DNA from: Desulfobacteraceae bacterium UBA2245
Lineage (GTDB): Bacteria; Desulfobacterota; Desulfobacteria; Desulfobacterales; UBA2245
DNA length: 64,000 nt
Assembly (NCBI GenBank): GCA_002347265.1
Contig: DDYB01000013.1
Coordinates: 207,359-271,358, forward strand
Direction of reading: 5' to 3'
Within the stretch, counting starts at the first letter, position 1. Each line of letters opens with the position of its first letter. This document shows positions 40,721-48,342 of this stretch, piece after piece. The position numbers and the translations under genes are program-made. The notes beneath the pieces are model-generated. The model was not told the DNA's origin. It saw only the letters and a program-made list of their open reading frames with translations, and searched no databases.

Positions 40721-41508
40721 GGGTTCAATGTCCGTCCTTTTATCAGATTCCCGAAGAGCCTCAGAGAGTTGGCGAAGGTCAGCTCCGCGGTCTTCGGCAC
40801 ATCCGCCCCGCGAATGGCGGCAAGGGTCTCCAGAACCCGGCCGAGATGCGCTGGTTCGTTGAAATCCGCCTCAACTCCGTAAGGAATCATATCCGGGCTG
40901 TCGGTTTCGATCAGCAGCCGTTGAGGCGAAACGATGGCCGCGGCGGATTTGGCCCTTTTGTTTCCCGGGCGCGTCAGGGCCGCGCCAAAAGACAGAAAGG
41001 CGCCCAGCTGCTCCAGTACCTTGACAAGATCCGGCGGGCCACCGAAGGCATGCACCAGACCGCCGTCCGGCAGCCCCCCCTCCTGCCGCAGAATGGCCGT
41101 CAGTGGACCCCAGGCTTTCCGGCAGTGAATGGAAACCGGCCGGCGGTATCTGCGGGCGATGCGAAGCTGGACGACCAGAGCTGTATTTTGAAGTTCGCGG
41201 GTCTGCGGGTCCAGGGCGTAATCCAGCCCGATCTCTCCCACCCCGCAGGCATGAGCGCCGATGCCGGCTTCCAGCCGCTCCTGCCAGCCTGTTTTGCACT
41301 GGTGAACATGCCAGGGGTGCACGCCGAGAGAAGGCAGCACACCGGCATGCATTCGAGACAGTTCGATCACGCCGTCCCAGTCTTCCTCCCGGGTTGCACA
41401 GCACATCATCCAGAGAATTCCGGCTTCCCGGGCTCGGCGGATCACCTCGGAAGCCCGATTCAGAATCCTTGAATCCTGTAGATGCACATGAGCGTCGAAG
41501 AGTTTCAT
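40717..41508 (-). CDS. TatD family metal-dependent hydrolase
   Basis: MKLFDAHVHL, GEIGLDY, SIHC and ETDSP motifs. Confidence 0.85.
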   Translation of the reverse strand: MKLFDAHVHLQDSRILNRASEVIRRAREAGILWMMCCATREEDWDGVIELSRMHAGVLPSLGVHPWHVHQCKTGWQERLEAGIGAHACGVGEIGLDYALDPQTRELQNTALVVQLRIARRYRRPVSIHCRKAWGPLTAILRQEGGLPDGGLVHAFGGPPDLVKVLEQLGAFLSFGAALTRPGNKRAKSAAAIVSPQRLLIETDSPDMIPYGVEADFNEPAHLGRVLETLAAIRGADVPKTAELTFANSLRLFGNLIKGRTLNP

Positions 41509-41530
41509 GAATGCGTATCCTCTGTTGTAA

Positions 41531-41585
41531 AGAGCCGCGCAACGCTGGAGGGCGGCCTTTCGCGCAGTTCTTCAACTGCCTGACA
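41531..41585. repeat. partial (half) copy of the MITE-like repeat
   Basis: AGAGCCGCGCAACGCTGGAGGGCGGCCTTTCGCGCAGTTCTTCAACTGCCTGAC aligns by eye at roughly 80% identity with the right half of copy 1 (13857-13912). Confidence 0.5.
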
Positions 41586-41781
41586 TCTGAACCGGGCCTC
41601 ATAAAATGTCAAGGCCTATTTGAGTAAATGGAGTCGGAGTGAGCAGGGGAAAAAGCGGCGGAGTCATCGTCGGGCGGCCTTCTGATGGCGATCCGCTTGA
41701 AACTCCGTTCCGGCAAAGCTTTACATTCAAGCCCGGCGATGGTAAGACTCTGCCGACTGCAATATGCAAAAAGGCGGATCC

Positions 41782-42630
41782 ATGGAAGACCCTTCAAATC
41801 ATCGCGCGATCATATGCACGCAGTGCCGGAAACTGATCGGCGCCGACGAACCGCGGTGCCCTTTCTGCGGGGCTTCCCAGTCCCCTTTTCAGCGCCGGAT
41901 ACGATCGATGATGCTGAGGCTTTCGGATGAGCAGGCCGCCATTCGGGCGATTATCTACCTCAATATCGCCATGTACGCCATCAGCCTTTTGCTGAATCCG
42001 AGAACCGTCGGCATCTCGTTCAATCCCCTGACGGCACTGTCCCCTTCCAACGGAAGCCTGCTGCTGATCGGCGCCACCGGAACCATACCCATCGATGAGC
42101 TGAACCGGTGGTGGTCCCTGGTTTCCGCCAACTACCTGCACGGCAGCCTTCTGCATATTTTCTTCAACATGGCGGCCCTGAGTCAGGTCGGTCCGCTGAT
42201 CGCCCGCGAATACGGGACATGGCGGATGATCAGCATTTACACCCTCAGCGGAATTGCGGGATTTGCCGTTTCCTACCTGGCCGGAGTCAATTTTACCATC
42301 GGCGCCTCGGCCGCCCTGTGCGGCCTGCTCGGCGCGGCGCTGTATTTCGGAAAAAGCGTCAAAGGCCCGTACGGCCGGGCCGTTTACCGGCAGATCGGCG
42401 GATGGGTCGTCGGGCTGGCGATTTTCGGGCTCATCGTTCCGGGAATCAACAACTGGGCGCACGGCGGCGGGCTGGTCGCCGGCATTGCGATCGGATGGCT
42501 CTCGGGGTATTCGGATGCCAAACGGCAGACGATTTTCCATCAGGCGCTGGCCGCCGTCTGCGTTGCGGCCACGATCATCGTCCTGGCAGGGGCCGCGGGT
42601 TCCGCGCTGTATTACCTTCTTCGCGGATAA
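41782..42630 (+). CDS. rhomboid family intramembrane serine protease with N-terminal zinc ribbon
   Basis: CTQCRKLIGADEPRCPFCG, WWSLVSANYLHGSLLHIFFNM, catalytic GASAALCGLLG, and a later AHGGGLVAG His. Confidence 0.8.
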   Translation: MEDPSNHRAIICTQCRKLIGADEPRCPFCGASQSPFQRRIRSMMLRLSDEQAAIRAIIYLNIAMYAISLLLNPRTVGISFNPLTALSPSNGSLLLIGATGTIPIDELNRWWSLVSANYLHGSLLHIFFNMAALSQVGPLIAREYGTWRMISIYTLSGIAGFAVSYLAGVNFTIGASAALCGLLGAALYFGKSVKGPYGRAVYRQIGGWVVGLAIFGLIVPGINNWAHGGGLVAGIAIGWLSGYSDAKRQTIFHQALAAVCVAATIIVLAGAAGSALYYLLRG

Positions 42631-42717
42631 TCCGAAGGCGGCCGGCAGGCCTGAATTCCTGAATTGCTGCACGCGTTAAAACTTTCCGGCGAAACCGCCA
42701 TCGTGTATAAAGGAAAA

Positions 42718-44055
42718 ATGATGCCTCGTGAAAGAATTTCCCAGATGAGAAAGCTTCTTCAAACCGACATTCGGAACCTGAGACTCGATGCGTTTCTGCC
42801 TCCGAAAGGCCGTCCCGGGCTGGCATGGCTCGGAATCCTGCTGGTTTCGGTGCGCAAATTCATTCAGGATGCCAGTCTGCTCAGGGCTTCGGCCCTGACC
42901 TTTTACACCGTGCTTTCCGTGGTGCCCATCATGGCCATGGCCTTCGGCATTGCCAAAGGATTCGGGGCCGCCAAACTTCTGGAAAAACAGATTCTTGAAA
43001 ACTTTCCGGCCCCTGAAGCCGTGTTGCTCCGCATCCTGGAGTTTGCCAACAACATGCTTGAAAACACCCGGGGCGACGCCATCGCCGGCATCGGCATCGT
43101 CGTGCTTTTCTGGACGGTGATCAAGGTGATGAGCCACATCGAACGTTCGCTCAACGCCATCTGGCAGGTCGAAAAACCCAGAAGCTTTCTCCGGAAATTC
43201 AGCGATTACCTTTCCATCATCCTGGTCAGCCCGGTGCTGATCATTCTGTCCGGAAGCGCGACCGTGTTCATCACCACCCGGCTGCAGGACATTTCCGACA
43301 AGGTGGCCCTGATCGGATATTTTACGCCGGCGATCTTTTTCAGCTTCAAACTGATCCCCTACGTCCTGATCTGGATCGTTTTCACCCTCATCTACACGAT
43401 CATGCCCAACACCCGGGTGCGCTTGAAATCGGCTCTGCTCGCCGCCGTCGTCGCCGGAACGCTTTACCAGCTGCTTCAGTGGGGTTACATCAAGTTTCAG
43501 GTGGGCGTTGCCCAGTACAACGCCATTTACGGAAGCTTTGCCGCCCTTCCCCTTTTCCTGGTCTGGCTTCAGCTCAGCTGGAGCATCGTGCTTTTCGGCG
43601 CGCAGATCTCCTATGTTCACCAGAACATGGACGCGCTGGACCCGTACCCGGATTACCGGGAACTGAGCTTCCGCCTGAAAAAGCTGCTCTGTCTGAGCAT
43701 CACCCGCATGCTGGTGCAAAAATTTGAAAAGGGGGAACCGCCTTCCACCCTCGCGCAGGTTTCCAAAACCCTTGAAATACACCCTCGCCTTACGCGGCAA
43801 CTATTGGACGACCTGTGCCGGGCCGGAATTCTCAGCCGGGTGCATATCGAATCAACCGATGCCGAAGGATTTCAGCCGGGTCTGGACATCCATGGAATTT
43901 CCATTTCAAGGGTGATCGGCGCGCTGGAACGCATCGGCCTGAACGCCCTGCCTTCCGGGCAGGTGCCCGATTTTCCGGTTCTGTCTGAAAAAATGGAACC
44001 GCTTGAGAAAATTGTGGAAAATTCCAAGGACAATTCGCTTTTAAAAGATATCTGA
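42718..44055 (+). CDS. YihY/BrkB family membrane protein with a C-terminal soluble extension
   Basis: ASALTFYTVLSVVPIMA..., YGSFAALPLFLVWLQLSW typical of the family. Start trimmed to ATG 42718. Confidence 0.75.
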   Translation: MMPRERISQMRKLLQTDIRNLRLDAFLPPKGRPGLAWLGILLVSVRKFIQDASLLRASALTFYTVLSVVPIMAMAFGIAKGFGAAKLLEKQILENFPAPEAVLLRILEFANNMLENTRGDAIAGIGIVVLFWTVIKVMSHIERSLNAIWQVEKPRSFLRKFSDYLSIILVSPVLIILSGSATVFITTRLQDISDKVALIGYFTPAIFFSFKLIPYVLIWIVFTLIYTIMPNTRVRLKSALLAAVVAGTLYQLLQWGYIKFQVGVAQYNAIYGSFAALPLFLVWLQLSWSIVLFGAQISYVHQNMDALDPYPDYRELSFRLKKLLCLSITRMLVQKFEKGEPPSTLAQVSKTLEIHPRLTRQLLDDLCRAGILSRVHIESTDAEGFQPGLDIHGISISRVIGALERIGLNALPSGQVPDFPVLSEKMEPLEKIVENSKDNSLLKDI

Positions 44056-44088
44056 ACCGGCACAAGGCTGTCGGAGACAAGGAAAACA

Positions 44089-45159
44089 ATGAAAATCTTT
44101 ACTTTAAAATTGATCCCCGGAGACGGCATCGGCAAGGAAGTAATGGCCGCGGCCCGAAAGGTGCTGGGCCGGATCGAGCAGCTCGGCGGCGGCCTGCGCT
44201 TCGAACTTCAGGAACTGGACTGGGGCTGCCAATACTATCTTCGCCGCGGGCGCATGATGCCCGAAGACGGACTGAGCATCCTGTCGGACTGCGACTGCAT
44301 CCTGCTGGGCGCCATCGGCTTTCCGGGCGTTCCGGACCATATCTCTCTGCGGGGCCTTCTGCTGCCGATCCGGCAGGGATTCGACCAGTACGTCAACCTG
44401 CGGCCGATCCGGTTTTTTGAAGGCCTGAACTCTCCCCTGAAGCTGTCCGACAGCAAGGACATCGATTTTGTCGTGATTCGCGAAAACTCGGAGGGCGAAT
44501 ACTGCGGCGCCGGCAGAATCGAGTACAAAAACACGCCGGATGAAACAGCCGTCCAGGAAGCGCGGTTTTCACTGAAAGGAACCGAGCGCATCATCCGCTA
44601 CGCCTTCGAATACGCAAAGAACCATAAGCTTCCGAGCCTGATCAGCGCGACAAAATCCAATGCCCTGAACTATTCCATGGTGTTCTGGGACAAAATATTC
44701 GACCGGATTCGAACCCAGTATCCGACCGTCGAGGCGCAAAGCATGCATGTCGACGCCCTGGCCGGCCTGTTCATCCTCAATCCGAAAAAGCTGAAGGTGG
44801 TGGTGGCCAGCAATCTTTTCGGAGACATTCTGACGGACCTGGGATCGGCCATGCTGGGGAGTATCGGCATCTCTCCTTCAGCCAATCTGAATCCTGAAAA
44901 AAAATATCCCAGCATGTTCGAACCCATCCACGGTTCGGCGCCGGACATCGCCGGAAAGGGCATCGCCAACCCGATCGGCATGATCTGGTCGATCATTCTG
45001 ATGCTCCAGCATCTGGGCCTCGACCGGATCTCCGAAATGCTCACACAAGCCATGGCCCAGGTGATTTCCGAAAAAAAAGTACGAACTCCGGACATGGGCG
45101 GGAACCAGAGTACCGATCAGGTCGTTGACGCCGTATGCGGAAAACTCGCAGGGCTTTGA
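44089..45159 (+). CDS. tartrate/D-malate dehydrogenase-like enzyme (isocitrate/isopropylmalate dehydrogenase family)
   Basis: IPGDGIGKEV...W.CQYYLRRGRMMPEDG...NLRP...VIRENSEGEY...NLFGDILTDL...GSAPDIAGKGIANP. Confidence 0.8.
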   Translation: MKIFTLKLIPGDGIGKEVMAAARKVLGRIEQLGGGLRFELQELDWGCQYYLRRGRMMPEDGLSILSDCDCILLGAIGFPGVPDHISLRGLLLPIRQGFDQYVNLRPIRFFEGLNSPLKLSDSKDIDFVVIRENSEGEYCGAGRIEYKNTPDETAVQEARFSLKGTERIIRYAFEYAKNHKLPSLISATKSNALNYSMVFWDKIFDRIRTQYPTVEAQSMHVDALAGLFILNPKKLKVVVASNLFGDILTDLGSAMLGSIGISPSANLNPEKKYPSMFEPIHGSAPDIAGKGIANPIGMIWSIILMLQHLGLDRISEMLTQAMAQVISEKKVRTPDMGGNQSTDQVVDAVCGKLAGL

Positions 45160-45190
45160 AACCCAAACCACCTGTGAATATCAATAAACA

Positions 45191-46234
45191 ATGAGTCCCA
45201 GATCCTTTCTTTTCTTTTCATTGTTACTGATGCTCTTGCCGGCGGGTTGCGTAATGCTGCCAGTACCGACACAAGAGAACAAGGTCCTTGCCGGAACACC
45301 CGTAAAAGATGAACAACTTTCCTTTCTTGAAGCGAAGATCACAACGAAGGAGGAAGTTATTGAACGTTTCGGAAACCCGAACATAATCTGGGAAGATGCC
45401 AGGGTATTCATTTATGCCTGGGACATGCGTCAGGGAATTCTTTTCTGGGCAGCAGGCGCTTACTATACAGGGGGCGCCGGTATGAAGGACATTCCAAAGC
45501 GGTACCAGCTAATTATCCGTTTCGATGAGCAAGGCAGGGTTGTTGACTTCGCCAGGACGACGCGGCCCTTATTGCAATCTTATGCCGACTTTCTGACAGA
45601 ATGGCTGAAGAACTCGGTTGCCCGGTTTCCCACGGAACAAAGAAACGTCCATATCGAAGAAAATGCAATAGTGCTGCTGAACGTTCAATGCACTGTGGAC
45701 AATCAGCCATATGAATCATTCATCAAGTGGACATTCACAACATCGCCTGTCTTCTTTTTTGGGTTGGGATCTTTCGAAACCGTTGGAGAACCTCGCGCCG
45801 TAAAGCATCGCTTTTTATCGGAGGAGTCACGCCGAGCCGGCTGGACCTATTTTATGCTTTCTCCAGGAATTTATTATCTGGCCGTTCTGGGCCCTTACAC
45901 CAGATCAAGATCGGAAAAAGACTACCAGGAGGCACCCCGTTGGCGTATCGATATTCCTGAAAATGTCAAAGCGGTCTATGTGGGCACGCTTCAGTTTGCA
46001 GGCAAGAGCGATGGAGAACTCCTTTTCGGTGATAAGATAATCGTTCCTGCCGGCACTGATGAGCCGACCATTCGGGACGATCGCTTACCTGCAAGCGATC
46101 TCATATCCAAACATTTCCCCGATGCCGGTGAGCCAAAAACCATTTTACTGGAACGGTGGCATCCGGGCGACCCTGTCCGTATCAGGTCTCAAGGGCAAAA
46201 AACTCGCGAAAACAGCGACACGAGACAACAATAA
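45191..46234 (+). CDS. lipoprotein of unknown function (N-terminal BamE/SmpA-like segment)
   Basis: Lipobox LLPAGC. ITTKEEVIERFGNPNII resembles the SmpA/OmlA fold signature. This is the first gene after the core/accessory transition. Confidence 0.5.
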   Translation: MSPRSFLFFSLLLMLLPAGCVMLPVPTQENKVLAGTPVKDEQLSFLEAKITTKEEVIERFGNPNIIWEDARVFIYAWDMRQGILFWAAGAYYTGGAGMKDIPKRYQLIIRFDEQGRVVDFARTTRPLLQSYADFLTEWLKNSVARFPTEQRNVHIEENAIVLLNVQCTVDNQPYESFIKWTFTTSPVFFFGLGSFETVGEPRAVKHRFLSEESRRAGWTYFMLSPGIYYLAVLGPYTRSRSEKDYQEAPRWRIDIPENVKAVYVGTLQFAGKSDGELLFGDKIIVPAGTDEPTIRDDRLPASDLISKHFPDAGEPKTILLERWHPGDPVRIRSQGQKTRENSDTRQQ

Positions 46235-46354
46235 CGGCATGAAACATGCCCGACGAATAATGGACTTTTTGGGACGCCCCAAACCTTCCGAAATGCACAA
46301 CCCGCTCCCGTACAGCAGTTTGGCGATAAGCTGAGGCGTGCCGCTCAACAGGGA

Positions 46355-46714
46355 TCAAACCCTGGCCGTCTCTTCCATAGTCATGACTACCGGTATGTTC
46401 AGCTTTTTATTGGCTCGGACAGCATTGATCTCCTCGCCCGGATTCTGTTTAAGCGCCTTCCGGTATAAAAAAATCAGGGCATTCATAGCCTGATTCTGAG
46501 TGGACGCGGCCACATCGCCATGAACAGCAGGATGGGTCAAAAATGACTCAATCTTTTTCTCACCGTCTGCAAGATCATCCCGCGATTTCATATTGTGAAA
46601 ATGAACGAATTTCCTTATCCATGCGCAATAAGACCTTTCCGTATGGATTGAATAATGCCGCAACCGCATGACATCCCGCACCTCATCCAATAATTTCCTA
46701 TCTGTTGTTGACAT
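46355..46714 (-). pseudogene. integron-type tyrosine recombinase (IntI-like), N-terminal 119 codons only
   Basis: LLDEVRDVMRLRHYSIHTERSYCAWIRKFVHFHN...FLTHPAVHGDVAASTQNQAMNALIFLYRKAL...NAVRANKKLNIPVVMTMEE matches the SAM-like N-domain of integron integrases. The ORF stops before any catalytic-domain residue (R-H-R-Y) could be encoded. Confidence 0.7.
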
Positions 46715-46853
46715 ATCGCATAAAATAAGGTTTTAAGAATTGAAGATTCGATGCATCGCGAAATTGTAAAATAAGAGTGGCGAGCGATTTTTGACCAATC
46801 AAGTTTGATATTATTTCAGGGCAAATATGCCCGAAAACACCCTTAATATCATA

Positions 46854-46998
46854 TTATCAGGGCGAATTAACCTGATAATCAATGGTTGATCAAGGCGCGC
46901 TACGCGCACCTTGATCAACTGCCGGGGTGCCCGGTCGACTCCGTGGTCACCGAGTCGCTACGAGCCTCGATAACCACGGAGTCGACCGGCCGTTGGCA
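46854..46998. repeat. cluster of three strong hairpins / inverted repeats upstream of the intI remnant (attI/attC-like region?)
   Basis: TTATCAGG-9nt-CCTGATAA spans 46854-46878. A 16-bp stem with one mismatch, GTTGATCAAGGCGCGC-TAC-GCGCACCTTGATCAAC, spans 46885-46919. A perfect 16-bp inverted repeat CCGGTCGACTCCGTGG ...27 nt... CCACGGAGTCGACCGG spans 46931-46989. It is followed by GTTGGCAAC. Confidence 0.5.
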
Positions 46999-47090
46999 AC
47001 TATAAATCTCTTTTGGTCTGAAAGTTCATACTGTTTTGGGAAATATCTTATCTGACAATACTCGTATAGGGATGCTGTTCCCGTGACTAT

Positions 47091-47240
47091 TAGCAGGCTG
47101 TTGAAAAACTGCGCCTGGGGCCGCCATTCAGCGTTGCACGGCTCTCGCCAATGCTCACATATGCTTGAATATGCTGCGCTTGTCGCATCGCCGCGCGCCT
47201 TGCCTGACAGCCTGATTCTTGTTTTTCAACACCCTGTTAG
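47091..47240. repeat. MITE-like repeat, copy 2 (inverted relative to copy 1)
   Basis: It is near-identical to the reverse complement of 13772-13912 apart from a few substitutions and an extra ~9 bp (TGATTCTTG) near one end. It lies between the intI remnant and the defence-type operon. Confidence 0.7.
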
Positions 47241-47271
47241 GTATGTTCGTTGAGCGGCGAAGAGAGTTGGA

Positions 47272-48342
47272 ATGGTTAATACTCTCCTCCAGGCTACCAC
47301 TAAACAATTTCTTATCATCTCATCCTCCGAAGGGGCAACAATGGGTGAATCAGTTCCCGTCAAATTATACTTCGAAGATTCCGGCGAGTGGTACAGCATA
47401 CCGGAGTGGGCGGAGTATTTTATAACGATCGGAAAGCTTTTCGCCGCTGCACCACAATCGGAAAGCAGGATCGTCACCGCAATAGTGGTACCCACCCGGG
47501 CATTTGGAGCGGCTTTTGTGAGCCTAGGGATGGTTGTCAGCGATGCCGCTTCACGAGATCAAGCTTCAAAAGCTGCGCATTTTGAGAGATTATTCGACTT
47601 GCCTCCGGGAACAAGCGTGATTTATCGCCCAAAGCCAGGACAAACCTTGAAAGGAGTGCTTCAAGAGCCTGAGGAATGTGATGGCAGACTGTGGGTGCGG
47701 GTTCAGGTTCAATCCAAGGAAGGGGGTGGATTGACCTGCTTTGTCGACGAATCCAAAGCGTTACAAGTGCAACCTGCCCGTCACTCCGGCAAGTTGCCGA
47801 AGAAACAGGCAGGAGAAAACGTCCGGTTCGCCAATGCATTTGTTGACAAGCTTCTGGGCGACGCTGATCCAGTGCAACTCGGGCTGCGGTCGAAACTCGT
47901 CTGTGCCCTTGTTGGCCGCAAAACTACCCTCGAACACGAAATCCGCAAGACGCCTCTGTCAGTCCATGTCAATGGCGACCACCACGCAGATGGGGTTCTG
48001 CAAGATGTTCTCCGGGTGAATCGATTTGTTACAGAGACACAATCGCATCGCTCCGCACTCGTACCCGTTGGAGCAAAGCCTCCATCCGGCGAGGTTCTCA
48101 AAAACGTCAAGATGGGGGTCATTTTTGATGGCGCGGACGGTTTCCTTAAGTGGGGCGAGATGTGGCACAGCCACCACCAAGTCATTATTCTCGACCGCAC
48201 GGAGGCTTACTTCGATGATGCGATCAGTGCTATCAATGCTAGGTTCTCCCAGAATCGTGTTGATGGTGGAATTGTTCTTCCTGAATGCGAGGCCCCTCCA
48301 GGGGGAGAAGTTCTTACGTTCCAGGAGGCGGTCATCAAATGA
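47272..48342 (+). CDS. hypothetical protein, operon gene 1 (no recognisable motif)
   Basis: ORF-track ORF. The alternative start ATG 47341 has a GAAGGGG RBS. The stop overlaps the next ATG (ATGA at 48339-48342). Confidence 0.5.
   Translation: MVNTLLQATTKQFLIISSSEGATMGESVPVKLYFEDSGEWYSIPEWAEYFITIGKLFAAAPQSESRIVTAIVVPTRAFGAAFVSLGMVVSDAASRDQASKAAHFERLFDLPPGTSVIYRPKPGQTLKGVLQEPEECDGRLWVRVQVQSKEGGGLTCFVDESKALQVQPARHSGKLPKKQAGENVRFANAFVDKLLGDADPVQLGLRSKLVCALVGRKTTLEHEIRKTPLSVHVNGDHHADGVLQDVLRVNRFVTETQSHRSALVPVGAKPPSGEVLKNVKMGVIFDGADGFLKWGEMWHSHHQVIILDRTEAYFDDAISAINARFSQNRVDGGIVLPECEAPPGGEVLTFQEAVIK

Noticed and set aside
46885-46998. Calling the hairpins bona fide attC sites
   Set aside because: The outer cores (GATCAAC / GTTGGCA) do not satisfy RYYYAAC / GTTRRRY and the spacer geometry is asymmetric. 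They are reported only as attC-like structured repeats pending a covariance-model scan.
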